From: a virus
Length of the DNA stretch: 64,000 nt
IMG/VR virus record: IMGVR_UViG_3300042465_006773
Strand: one strand, 5' to 3'
Made by a program: the position numbers and the translations under genes. The notes under the pieces were generated by a model. That model was given only the letters and a program-made list of their open reading frames with translations, was not told the origin of the DNA and searched no databases. Positions 30,434 through 39,011 of this stretch are shown here, piece by piece (within the stretch, counting starts at the first letter, position 1; the number at the start of each line of letters is the position of its first letter).

Positions 30434-30851
30434 TGGAGATGGGCGGAATTGAACCGCCGTCCACCCCGAGAAATCATAAATGGACTACATGCTTATTCAA
30501 TTAGTTCACAACTGACAAATAAATGGTTCCTATTTTGACATTGTTACCAATAACTGTGTCGAATTCACTTTTACCACTTTCGTGGATTTACAGGTAGTAC
30601 TCTGAACGAGACCCTTGACACTTTAGGTTGTATCACACCTTAAAGACTTCTGTTTCTAGGTTATTTGTCTCCCGACCCATTGATAGATTCGCCTAGGCTA
30701 CTGCTACCTTGGAAGAAGCGAGGATACCCGCAATTTCCATGTTGTTATAAACGTTGCCGCTTAATTTGTACCATCATTGATTATGGTCATAGATGATGTT
30801 TGACCGCATGCCCATTTAACATTTACACGTGTGTCGATTCCTTTCATCCCC
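30434..30851 (-). ncRNA. ssrA: tmRNA
   Basis: 5' GGGGATGAAAGGAATCGAC pairs with 3' CATCTCCA (G3-U70 Ala determinant); T-arm GGCGGTTCAATTCCGCC; tag ORF 30758-30693 = GNVYNNMEIAGILASSKVAVA*; CCA not encoded. Confidence 0.95.
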
Positions 30852-30855
30852 AAAA

Positions 30856-30866
30856 TTTCAAAGAAC
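30856..30866 (-). promoter_or_regulatory. boxA-like antitermination element in the tmRNA leader
   Basis: GTTCTTTGAAA 4 nt upstream of the mature 5' end; identical copy at 31825-31835. Confidence 0.6.
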
Positions 30867-30926
30867 AAAAAATTGTTATTTGTGATAAATATACGAAAAG
30901 TTTTCAATATTTCAAAAAAAATAGCA

Positions 30927-30954
30927 AAAAAAAAGGTTAGAATTTTCTAACCTT
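30927..30954 (-). terminator. Intrinsic terminator downstream of the giant ncRNA
   Basis: On minus: AAGGTTAGAAAATTCTAACCTTTTTTTT. Confidence 0.75.
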
Positions 30955-30966
30955 AATTAATTGTTG

Positions 30967-31814
30967 AGGGCCTTTCGACTCTTTGCTCCACCACTTGATT
31001 TTAAATCAAGAAAAAAAAAACACTGAGATTACATGTTTTATTAGTTGACTTTAAAAGGATTATTGTTTCCCTTTATATCCACAACCTTTTGAGTTGTACC
31101 AACCAGTGACGGCCAATTAGATTAACCAATCCTTGAGTCATCGGATACTCTCTCAATACTAATCACTCCTCGAGAATGCCTTCCCAATTAACCCTTGCGG
31201 GGTTAGAGGACTTTCTTAAAAATCGTATCGGGCTTGGGACCCTCTACGGCAATGAACGTTTCATTACTAAGTAGTCACCTGTTTCCGACGACTGATGAGC
31301 ACTTTTCCTTTTTATTAGATTTTGTTAATCAAAATAACAAGTTTTTTGGTTTGCGGATTATGAAGGTAGTGGCTCATCGACCAGCCATGTCATCTTTTGA
31401 ACAACACGATACTAAACTACCCTCTGAAATCTCCCGATTTCCATATTTTTGGACTCCTTCAAGAAAAGAACCTTGGTAGGTTCAAATCAAGGACAATAAC
31501 AGCACCACCTGTACAAAGTCATACCTTTCGGTTTTAAGATTCCCATCATATTGAATCACGCGATTACATAGTTGGATGACTATGTTTCTCACATAAATCC
31601 TACGAGTTATTCTTATTGGTGTTCCCACCTCAAATGAAGGACCCGCATCCCCCATTCGTTTTACCACTTTCACTACAGTGTCACCCTCGTTACTCAAGGT
31701 TAAACGATATCTCGTTTGTCTACTCGAGCTCTCTTTCGAAAGCCGCAACTCATCTAACCGAGTGAGTCACTTTATACCACTTTCGTGGTTTATTTAAGGA
31801 CCATAGACGGCCCT
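30967..31814 (-). ncRNA. ~850-nt giant structured ncRNA (GOLLD/ROOL-class candidate)
   Basis: No credible ORF, higher GC than flanks, ends pair (AGGGCC/GGCCCT), many GNRA-capped hairpins on minus (ACCAC-GAAA-GTGGT, ACC-GAAA-GGT, CCC-GCAA-GGG, GTC-GAAA-GGC), own promoter, boxA and terminator; lies between tmRNA and tRNAs. Confidence 0.8.
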
Positions 31815-31824
31815 ATTTTTAAAT

Positions 31825-31835
31825 TTTCAAAGAAC
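31825..31835 (-). promoter_or_regulatory. boxA-like element in the giant ncRNA leader
   Basis: GTTCTTTGAAA. Confidence 0.6.
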
Positions 31836-31883
31836 GATTGATTTTTCAAATCATGGTCTAAACCATAAGTATCAAATCTTTTA

Positions 31884-31891
31884 CAAAGATA
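31884..31891 (-). promoter_or_regulatory. Bacteroidota housekeeping promoter -7 element
   Basis: TATCTTTG matches TAnnTTTG; similar TATATTTG at 33072-33079(-), 41107-41114(-), 43063-43070(-), 45255-45262(-), 59778-59785(+). Confidence 0.7.
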
Positions 31892-31945
31892 CGAAAGAAA
31901 TCAATACAAGTCAAGCATTTTTAAAATTTTTTTTTATTTTTTTTT

Positions 31946-32407
31946 TTAAAGTCTCACTAAATGATTGGCTCCGTAGGTAGTCATAGCCCCATTGTGTTTG
32001 TATCTAACCTTATATCCCATACCTTGAACCAAACCAACAGCCTGTCTTAATACCTTGTTTGACCTAAACTTTGGGTCTGGGTTTAAATCGATATCAATCC
32101 ACGTTACTTTAGGTAAATCGTTATTTCTTAAAAACTCAGCAACTTCTATGGCTTTCCAAACTTCATTAATTAATCTAACTGACATCTCTTTTTCAAATGG
32201 TGTGGTTTCTTTTGTGCACAAAATATGGGCACCTTTACCTTTCATGTATAAAGCGATAACAGTACCGTACACCGTTTTAAAATTACCAAATGATTGAGAA
32301 TCTGACCCAATTAATATTTCGGTGTCAGGTTTTTCTAATAAAAAATTTCTTATATATTCTATTATATTATCTATCGGTATTCCGTGTAGTGTTTTAAAAT
32401 TTTTCAT
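31946..32407 (-). CDS. RNase H-like YkuK (DUF458) family protein
   Basis: ILIGSDSQ, TVIALY..GKGA, RLINEVWKAIEVA, IDIDLN. Confidence 0.8.
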   Translation of the reverse strand: MKNFKTLHGIPIDNIIEYIRNFLLEKPDTEILIGSDSQSFGNFKTVYGTVIALYMKGKGAHILCTKETTPFEKEMSVRLINEVWKAIEVAEFLRNNDLPKVTWIDIDLNPDPKFRSNKVLRQAVGLVQGMGYKVRYKHNGAMTTYGANHLVRL

Positions 32408-32427
32408 AACTTATAATATAAATATAG

Positions 32428-32499
32428 TAGGCCCACCTAGACTCGAACTAGGAATAACAGATTAGAAATCTGTGGTTATATCCCTTTAACTATGGGCCC
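32428..32499 (-). tRNA. tRNA-Arg(TCT)
   Basis: GGGCCCA/TGGGCCT acceptor, ACAGA-TT TCT AA-TCTGT anticodon arm, GTTCGAG T-loop; no CCA. Confidence 0.95.
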
Positions 32500-32506
32500 A
32501 ACTTTG

Positions 32507-32591
32507 TACCACCGACCGGACTCGAACCGGTACGGGAATTACTCCCAACAGAGTTTAAGTCTGTATCGGCTACCAATTACGACACGATGGC
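32507..32591 (-). tRNA. tRNA-Leu(TAA)
   Basis: GCCATCG/CGGTGGT acceptor, ACAGA-CT TAA AC-TCTGT, long variable arm GGGAGTAATTCCC; no CCA. Confidence 0.95.
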
Positions 32592-32635
32592 ATTTTTTTA
32601 TATAAAGATACACAAAAAACTAATGATTTCAAATA

Positions 32636-32878
32636 TTAAATATAGTCTTCACACCATATCGGTGTTTTTTCTCCTACATATGAACCAGAAACATTAAATT
32701 CAAAGTATTCAACGGCATCCATTTCACTCATACCTTGTTTTGTCAGTACATCAATACACTTACTAACAGAATAGATTAATCTCATTGTTTTTGTTTCGAT
32801 ACCTATTATTGCATCGTCGAAACCGTCGGCCATTAAAATATCCTCATCAGGATAGATGTCTAAAATTTTTTGTATCAT
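32636..32878 (-). CDS. Hypothetical phage protein inside the tRNA cluster
   Basis: ADGFDDAIIG...EYFEFNV.GSYVGE.TP, a pattern familiar from phage proteins. Confidence 0.7.
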   Translation of the reverse strand: MIQKILDIYPDEDILMADGFDDAIIGIETKTMRLIYSVSKCIDVLTKQGMSEMDAVEYFEFNVSGSYVGEKTPIWCEDYI

Positions 32879-32897
32879 TTTTTAAAAATATTTTTAG

Positions 32898-32971
32898 TAC
32901 TCCCGATGGGACTCGAACCCACAAGCTTCCCCGTGAAAGGGGGATGTCCTAACCAGTTAGACGACAGGAGC
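32898..32971 (-). tRNA. tRNA-Glu(TTC)
   Basis: GCTCCTG/CGGGAGT acceptor, TCCCC-CT TTC AC-GGGGA; no CCA. Confidence 0.95.
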
Positions 32972-32989
32972 ATTGTTTCATAATTAATG

Positions 32990-33062
32990 TGACCCTGGGC
33001 AGGTTCGAACTGCCGACCCATACATTAAAAGTGTATTGCTCTACCAACTGAGCTACAGAGTC
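32990..33062 (-). tRNA. tRNA-Lys(TTT)
   Basis: GACTCTG/CAGGGTC acceptor, TAGCTCAGTTGGTAGAGC D-arm, ATACA-CT TTT AA-TGTAT; no CCA. Confidence 0.95.
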
Positions 33063-33204
33063 ATTAGGTGACAAATATACATAATAAAAACTAAAAAACA
33101 AAAAAATGTCATATATAATTTTTTAAATATATATGAAAAATAAAATTGCCGGGATATTTATTGTTAACCAAACATGATAAATAAACCAAACATAAATTAT
33201 AACT

Positions 33205-33459
33205 ATGACTTTCAAAAATTGGATTGTAGACTTATTTAAAGACGAGAGAGGTTCTACTTCTATAAAACCCGTAATCGCATTTTTAGGTTCAACTTTTCTA
33301 TGTGGTACTATGTTAGCTAATTCATTTTCTCATGGTGATATTAAACCATCTGAGGATTTGGTAAACGCAGTAATGATTATAACCGCGATAGGAATGGGTG
33401 CCGATACTTTGGATAAGTTTTCACATAAAAGGAAATTTGAAGACAATGTATCTGAATAA
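33205..33459 (+). CDS. Small two-TM membrane protein (holin-like)
   Basis: Two hydrophobic helices, charged C-tail; ATATTTAT at 33154-33161. Confidence 0.55.
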   Translation: MTFKNWIVDLFKDERGSTSIKPVIAFLGSTFLCGTMLANSFSHGDIKPSEDLVNAVMIITAIGMGADTLDKFSHKRKFEDNVSE

Positions 33460-33461
33460 AA

Positions 33462-33956
33462 ATGAAAAAACCATATATACTTACCGTTTTATTTTTTCTT
33501 TTATTGGGGTTAAATAATCTTAACGCCCAAAGTCTTGTTGTTGATACGGTAATCAACAACATAAAAATAGGTCCATTTACTGAAAATAAAAATTTGGCAT
33601 TTGGAGTTAAAAATATTGCTGAAGAAATTATAAACGAACAGGATAAATTTTATTTGGTTGGAGACAAATCAACGTCAGAATATAAAATAAAAATTGAACT
33701 AATATTTTTTGATATTATTAAGGTTAACTCCGGTATTAGTGTTTTCCATCAAGATAAAACAACGACGGTAATTAGAATGAAAGGGATTCTATACAAAGGA
33801 GATAAAAAAATAAAACAAGAATTTTCGGAAGGGAAATCGACAGAAATATCAACTTCAACAATCATTATTGATGAAGGTGGTAAATTTAATCAACAATCTG
33901 CCAGTTCAGCAATAAAAAAAACAACTCAAACACTATTAAATAATTTATTACTATGA
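33462..33956 (+). CDS. Exported protein, possible CsgG/FlgT-middle-like fold
   Basis: Signal peptide ending LNAQ; LAFGVKNIAEE and FNQQSASSAIKK resemble GLGVANITLE and FNQSTIGISTKK of 36793-37539. Confidence 0.5.
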   Translation: MKKPYILTVLFFLLLGLNNLNAQSLVVDTVINNIKIGPFTENKNLAFGVKNIAEEIINEQDKFYLVGDKSTSEYKIKIELIFFDIIKVNSGISVFHQDKTTTVIRMKGILYKGDKKIKQEFSEGKSTEISTSTIIIDEGGKFNQQSASSAIKKTTQTLLNNLLL

Positions 33957-35860
33957 AAAAACTAATTTTAACATTTGTGTTAATGATGATAACCTATGTA
34001 GGTTATTCACAGAGCGTAGGTAATTTTCAACAATTATCTACAATAAGAAGAAACGATACGTTAGATGTAATATTTCAATACATCCCCGACCCAACAAAAG
34101 ATGTAAGGTCGTTTCAAATCGATTTCCAATTTAAGAAGGATTTATTTACACACGTTTCAACAACTGTGGATAATAGTGTTAATACCATGACACCGGCAAT
34201 ATCATATAACGAATATGATAACTTTAAGTATGGTTCATATAGTCCAGCAACGGGTTTATATGGGTATGTTAATGACACAAATTGGACCGTCGCTAGAAAC
34301 TTTTTAGTATTATCAAGTGGTTCTCAAATTTCAGGAGCAATATACATCATTCACAATAAATTTTTAATTAACAATGTTCAATCCAATTTCGTGGAAGATA
34401 GTGTACACGTGAACTGGGTTAGATTGTTTAAAAAAGACGGTACAAGTATTGGTGATAACGTAGCGAATTTGACTTACAAGAGTATGAAGTTAGATTTGGG
34501 TGGTAACTTGGTTATAAGTGGTAATGTTGAACTTCCACCGACTATGAAATTAGATGGTAGAAGACCAATGGTTATATGTACTAAATTAAACACTGGTGAG
34601 TTTGTGTCTTCTTCTTTATGTGATACTTCAGGTAACTATAGTTTAAATAATGTTGATAGAAACACTAGATATAAATTACTTTTAAGATTCCCATCTGATA
34701 GTATGGAAACTTTCAGAGATTATGCGGTAACGATATCAGATGCCGTAAAAACATATGATGAATTTACAAGAACAGACGTTAATCAAACGTATTCAAGATT
34801 TTATTTGAAAAATGGTTTATCTTATTTGATTGCTGATTTAAATGGAAATGGTAATTTAGATGGTGGTGACCCGTATTTGATATACGCAAATGTTAGTGGT
34901 TTAAGAAAAATAGATACTACGAACATGATTAGAGTGTTTAAAGCATCTGATTATGATAACTTAGTTTTAGGTCAAAACCAATGGTCTATTTGGCCTAATT
35001 TTTTAAACACAACAAACTTTATCACGGATAGTGTTGGTAACGAAAATTTGGTTGTGAATATTAAATACTTTATACAAGGTGATGTTGATAGAACATTCTC
35101 TTCAAGAGTGTGGGATAGTAATGGTAATTTAGTTGCCAGAGCAATTTATAAAGGTAAATTAGATATTAACATACCAAACACATATTCTGTTGGTAATCCA
35201 TCGTTATATGTTCCATTTAACATAAACACAAATGGGGATAATAACTATGGACTACAATTTGAAATGAAGTATGACAGAACAAAAGTTAAATTTGAAGAAA
35301 TCGTGTCCAATTTTAATGGTGGCCCATGGTTACAATATGTGACACACGATGAACTATCAGGTACTGTTAGGTTTGGCGGAATGAATAATCAACAAAGAGA
35401 CGGTTTAATTGGTCAATCGACACCTTTTAAACTTAAATTTTCACCAATTGGTGGTGAGGATATCGTAACAAATATTCAAATTAGAGAATTGATGGATGCC
35501 TCGGACGAAAATGGTGACCACTTAAATATTGAGTTACAAAACCAAATCGCAGTTTTAAGTTATAGGTCAATTCCACAGACCCATCAAGTTGTTGAAGAAA
35601 TAACAGCATCGATAAGACCAAACCCAACAACAGGTTGGTTTGAATTAGAAGTTAAATTTCCAAATCAAAATATGTTTATGGACGCATCTATTTATGATAT
35701 CAGAGGTAAGTTGATTCAAAACGTAGGACAAGTTATAACAAATCCAATGGAAACGGTCGCATATAAACAAATTGATATGACATACGCTTCTAATGGAAAT
35801 TATTTTCTAATTCTGAATAATTATAATAAACAATTAACTAAACAATTTATAAAAGTATAA
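33953..35860 (+). CDS. T9SS (Por) type-A cargo protein with cohesin-like and dockerin-like modules
   Basis: Signal peptide; ADLNGNGNLDGGD Ca-loop; VPFNINT...GLQFEMKYD cohesin-like; C-terminal IRPNP...IYDIRGKLI...GNYFL...TKQFIKV sorting domain. Confidence 0.8.
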   Translation: MKKLILTFVLMMITYVGYSQSVGNFQQLSTIRRNDTLDVIFQYIPDPTKDVRSFQIDFQFKKDLFTHVSTTVDNSVNTMTPAISYNEYDNFKYGSYSPATGLYGYVNDTNWTVARNFLVLSSGSQISGAIYIIHNKFLINNVQSNFVEDSVHVNWVRLFKKDGTSIGDNVANLTYKSMKLDLGGNLVISGNVELPPTMKLDGRRPMVICTKLNTGEFVSSSLCDTSGNYSLNNVDRNTRYKLLLRFPSDSMETFRDYAVTISDAVKTYDEFTRTDVNQTYSRFYLKNGLSYLIADLNGNGNLDGGDPYLIYANVSGLRKIDTTNMIRVFKASDYDNLVLGQNQWSIWPNFLNTTNFITDSVGNENLVVNIKYFIQGDVDRTFSSRVWDSNGNLVARAIYKGKLDINIPNTYSVGNPSLYVPFNINTNGDNNYGLQFEMKYDRTKVKFEEIVSNFNGGPWLQYVTHDELSGTVRFGGMNNQQRDGLIGQSTPFKLKFSPIGGEDIVTNIQIRELMDASDENGDHLNIELQNQIAVLSYRSIPQTHQVVEEITASIRPNPTTGWFELEVKFPNQNMFMDASIYDIRGKLIQNVGQVITNPMETVAYKQIDMTYASNGNYFLILNNYNKQLTKQFIKV

Positions 35861-35864
35861 AATC

Positions 35865-36212
35865 ATGAGTGAAGAAACAGAAAACGACGGCTCTTGGGGT
35901 GGTTTGAAAAAAACCATCGTAGGTACATTAGCAACCATTGTCACAGGTGGTGGTGTGTGGGTATCCACAACTCTATTTGGTGGTGGAGGGGACGATAAAG
36001 AAGAAACTAAAACAGAACAGGTTGCACCCGCACCAGTTATTAATCTTAATTTAGAAAATAATAACACTCAACAACAAAATAACTCGGGTGGTGGAACAAC
36101 TATCATAAAAGAAAGAGTTATTGAAAAGCAACCAGAAAATAACAATAAACCCGCACCTGCTCCGAAGAAAAAAGAAGGTGATGAATTTAAAGAAACCCCA
36201 CCAGCATGGTAA
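35865..36212 (+). CDS. Single-TM membrane protein with N/Q/P-rich tail
   Basis: TM TIVGTLATIVTGGGVWV; NNNTQQQNNSGGG. Confidence 0.65.
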   Translation: MSEETENDGSWGGLKKTIVGTLATIVTGGGVWVSTTLFGGGGDDKEETKTEQVAPAPVINLNLENNNTQQQNNSGGGTTIIKERVIEKQPENNNKPAPAPKKKEGDEFKETPPAW

Positions 36213-36778
36213 ATGATAATTCTCAAAACACTGGATTTAGAGAACTTCTAAATTCAATGATGAAAAGAAGGTGGTTTATAACCGCCATAGTTCTTGGTGG
36301 GTTCATGTTAATTATGGGTGGAATATTTTTGGCCATATTTGAACAAAGTGCCATAAGTGGAGAATGGAAAGAACTTCTTCTTTTACTTCTTGGTGCTTTC
36401 ATTGGTTCCTACGGTAAAATCATTGACTATTGGTTCAGTGATACTGATAAGGATAAAATGTTAGTTCAAAAAATGGATGAAGAGGATGGTACTTCGTTAT
36501 CAAATACATCGGATATACCAGATTCACCAAAACCATCAACACCATCTAAACCCATTCTTGATTTAGAAAGTACTGAAACGAAATCAAATAATGAACAAAA
36601 AGTTGGTGTAGAAATCGATGAGGATGGTGATGGTATTATGGATGGTTTAGATTTCGATAATGACGGTATCATTGATGAATATTTCACACACAGACAATGT
36701 GAACACGTTTGGGGTGATTCAGACAATGACGGTGATTTAGAGTGTTTAAAATGTGGTAAAATAAAAGACGAAGAATGA
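36206..36778 (+). CDS. Two-TM membrane protein with Ca-binding DxDGDG repeats and C-terminal Cys motif
   Basis: DEDGDGIMD, DFDNDGIID, DSDNDGD; C-x-H...C-x2-C. Confidence 0.7.
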   Translation: MVNDNSQNTGFRELLNSMMKRRWFITAIVLGGFMLIMGGIFLAIFEQSAISGEWKELLLLLLGAFIGSYGKIIDYWFSDTDKDKMLVQKMDEEDGTSLSNTSDIPDSPKPSTPSKPILDLESTETKSNNEQKVGVEIDEDGDGIMDGLDFDNDGIIDEYFTHRQCEHVWGDSDNDGDLECLKCGKIKDEE

Positions 36779-36792
36779 ATAACATAATCAAA

Positions 36793-37539
36793 ATGAAAAA
36801 ATATTTACTACCAATTTTAGTATTTCTATTTTGGGTTATCATAATGACGATATTAATGTTTGATGTTGCATCTGCACAAGTTATTGGTAAAACACAAACA
36901 GAGCAATACAAAGCGTCATTTGAAACAAGTGTAAATATTGATTCATTAATGGATTATGAGGGACCACAAATTCCTATTCAAATTTTGAAAATAGGTATAA
37001 ATGATGAAGTTTATGAACAATACCCAGAATTAAAAGAAAAAAAAGTTGGTTTGGGTGTTGCAAATATCACATTGGAGTACTTGGAAAATCTAAATAGATT
37101 TACTTTTACCGAAGATAAAACCGAAATAAAAAACAGAATGGTTAAACAATTCCAAGCGTCTCAAGCTGGAATAAGTGCAGATACTTTAGATGGTAGGGGT
37201 AAAATTCGTTTAGCACACTATTTTGTTAGTATTGAAGTTTATGATTTTTCAATAAGTGAAGATGAGACTGTTAACTTGTCTGATGGCGTAAAAAATACTG
37301 TGGTTACAAGATTAGGTTTACAGGTTAGATTTACCGATGCAGAAACAGGCCAAATAATCGCTGCAAGTGGTTTGGGTGAAGCTAAAACGGTAAGAGAATT
37401 AAGTTTAATAAACGACGATAATTTAAGTGATGTTAAATTTAACCAATCAACTATTGGTATAAGCACTAAAAAAGCATTAGACATTGCATGTTGTAGAATA
37501 CTATTGAGAATGATAAAAAAGGGTGTTTTCCCTAATTAA
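36793..37539 (+). CDS. CsgG/HfaB family (curli assembly/holdfast anchor-like) protein
   Basis: Signal peptide; GLGVANITLEYL..LNRFTFTE, VYDF, LQVRFTDAETGQII, GLGEA, STIGISTKKAL. Confidence 0.7.
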   Translation: MKKYLLPILVFLFWVIIMTILMFDVASAQVIGKTQTEQYKASFETSVNIDSLMDYEGPQIPIQILKIGINDEVYEQYPELKEKKVGLGVANITLEYLENLNRFTFTEDKTEIKNRMVKQFQASQAGISADTLDGRGKIRLAHYFVSIEVYDFSISEDETVNLSDGVKNTVVTRLGLQVRFTDAETGQIIAASGLGEAKTVRELSLINDDNLSDVKFNQSTIGISTKKALDIACCRILLRMIKKGVFPN

Positions 37540-37580
37540 CAAAGACAGATTCTAATATCTTCTTTTAAAGAAAATGAGTG

Positions 37581-39011
37581 ATGATATTAAAAAATATTAT
37601 AAAAGTATCTTTAATAATATTACTTATAATATTTTCTAAAATATCAAATGCACAAGTAACCACTTATACATTTATAGACCCTTGTACAAAAGAAGTTAAC
37701 ATTTTTAGTGTACCATTACAAGGAGGTAAAACAACAATAATTTTTTTAAATAAAATAGGTTATTTTGATAGTGACGATTTGTTAAATGGAACATTTTCAA
37801 ATTGGATAAATCAAGTTTATGGTGAATATAGACAAATAAGTCCGTGTTCACAACAACAATCTCAAGTAACTCAAAATCAAATAACCAGTCAAATAATCGG
37901 AGGAGTTGTACAATCGGTAGTCGGTTCAATAATGTCATCCAATCAATCTTCAAATGGGTCAACAGAAAATAACAATGAGGACTCTGAAGAAAACAATAAT
38001 ACTCAAAGAAATGGAAACAATAATACTACGGGAAATAATGAAAACAACTCTTCAAATCAAGGAGGAGGACAATCTCAACCAAATCAAACAAATGGTGGGT
38101 CATCTGGAGGAACAAATAACGGTCAAGGAAATGGAACTACAGGCAATGGTGGAGCGAATGGAGGTACAACTGGTTCAACACAAGGAAGAAATCCGTCGAC
38201 TAAACCGACTGTAAACAATTCAAACAATTCTGAATCAAATGGTGAAGAAGTTGCCGCAACTACCACAATAAATTTAGATAGTAGAACCGAGAAAGGTGAT
38301 AATTCATCAAATGATGGTGGTGGTTCAGGAAGAAGAGGTGGGTCAAGAAGTGGTGGTTCAAACAGTAATCCAATTATAGTTTCCTCAGATTTAACATCGG
38401 CACAAAATTTAGATGGTAGGTTCACAGGGATAATAAACATCAGTACCAGTAGGTCGTCGATGACTGGTTTATCAAATTATGGTGTTACAAGTATGATTTG
38501 GTTAAATTTAAACCAATTCGCCATTTCCGCCAAATATAGTAAAATACATTTTGATAAAAGTCAAAAGTTAAAATTCGTCCATAATCTAAATTTAACAGGT
38601 GTTTATACATATGGTAATTACCTGGTATTTTTAGGGTATAGTGGTATCTTAAATGCAGGTAAATTCGGAGTAACCGGTTTAAATTTGAGTGCTGCCGCCT
38701 CAATAATCACTAAAGAAAAAACAGGTTATTACTCACCTTCTGCAACTTTTTTCTACACAAAACCATTTCAGGTTAACAAAAGATTTATGATGTCACCTGA
38801 AATATATGTAATGTCAACACCGTTAGTTTATTCAACAAAAGATAGAATAACAATTACAGACAGGTACGTGAGTGGTTTTATAGGTACGGGAATGGATTAT
38901 CAAATATCAAAAAGATTTAAAATAAACTTGAATTATAAGGCAAATATGAGTACTAAACCGAATTTTCCTATTTTGTCTTTTTTTCTAATTGGTAGTAAAG
39001 TTAATTTATGA
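37581..39011 (+). CDS. Exported protein with N/Q/G/S-rich linker and C-terminal beta-barrel-like domain
   Basis: Signal peptide (SNAQ), low-complexity middle, alternating amphipathic strands (GTGMDYQISKRFKINLNYKA) to the C-terminus. Confidence 0.65.
   Translation: MILKNIIKVSLIILLIIFSKISNAQVTTYTFIDPCTKEVNIFSVPLQGGKTTIIFLNKIGYFDSDDLLNGTFSNWINQVYGEYRQISPCSQQQSQVTQNQITSQIIGGVVQSVVGSIMSSNQSSNGSTENNNEDSEENNNTQRNGNNNTTGNNENNSSNQGGGQSQPNQTNGGSSGGTNNGQGNGTTGNGGANGGTTGSTQGRNPSTKPTVNNSNNSESNGEEVAATTTINLDSRTEKGDNSSNDGGGSGRRGGSRSGGSNSNPIIVSSDLTSAQNLDGRFTGIINISTSRSSMTGLSNYGVTSMIWLNLNQFAISAKYSKIHFDKSQKLKFVHNLNLTGVYTYGNYLVFLGYSGILNAGKFGVTGLNLSAAASIITKEKTGYYSPSATFFYTKPFQVNKRFMMSPEIYVMSTPLVYSTKDRITITDRYVSGFIGTGMDYQISKRFKINLNYKANMSTKPNFPILSFFLIGSKVNL

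Noticed and set aside
31234-31748. ORFs 31234-31479 (+) and 31482-31748 (-)
   Set aside because: Atypical composition; they lie inside a region better explained as one structured RNA with paired ends.
30967-31814. Giant RNA as rRNA fragment, RNase P or self-splicing intron
   Set aside because: I found no rRNA signature, no RNase P GAGGAAAGUCC motif and no interrupted host gene; it has its own promoter and terminator. A formal cmscan is still needed.
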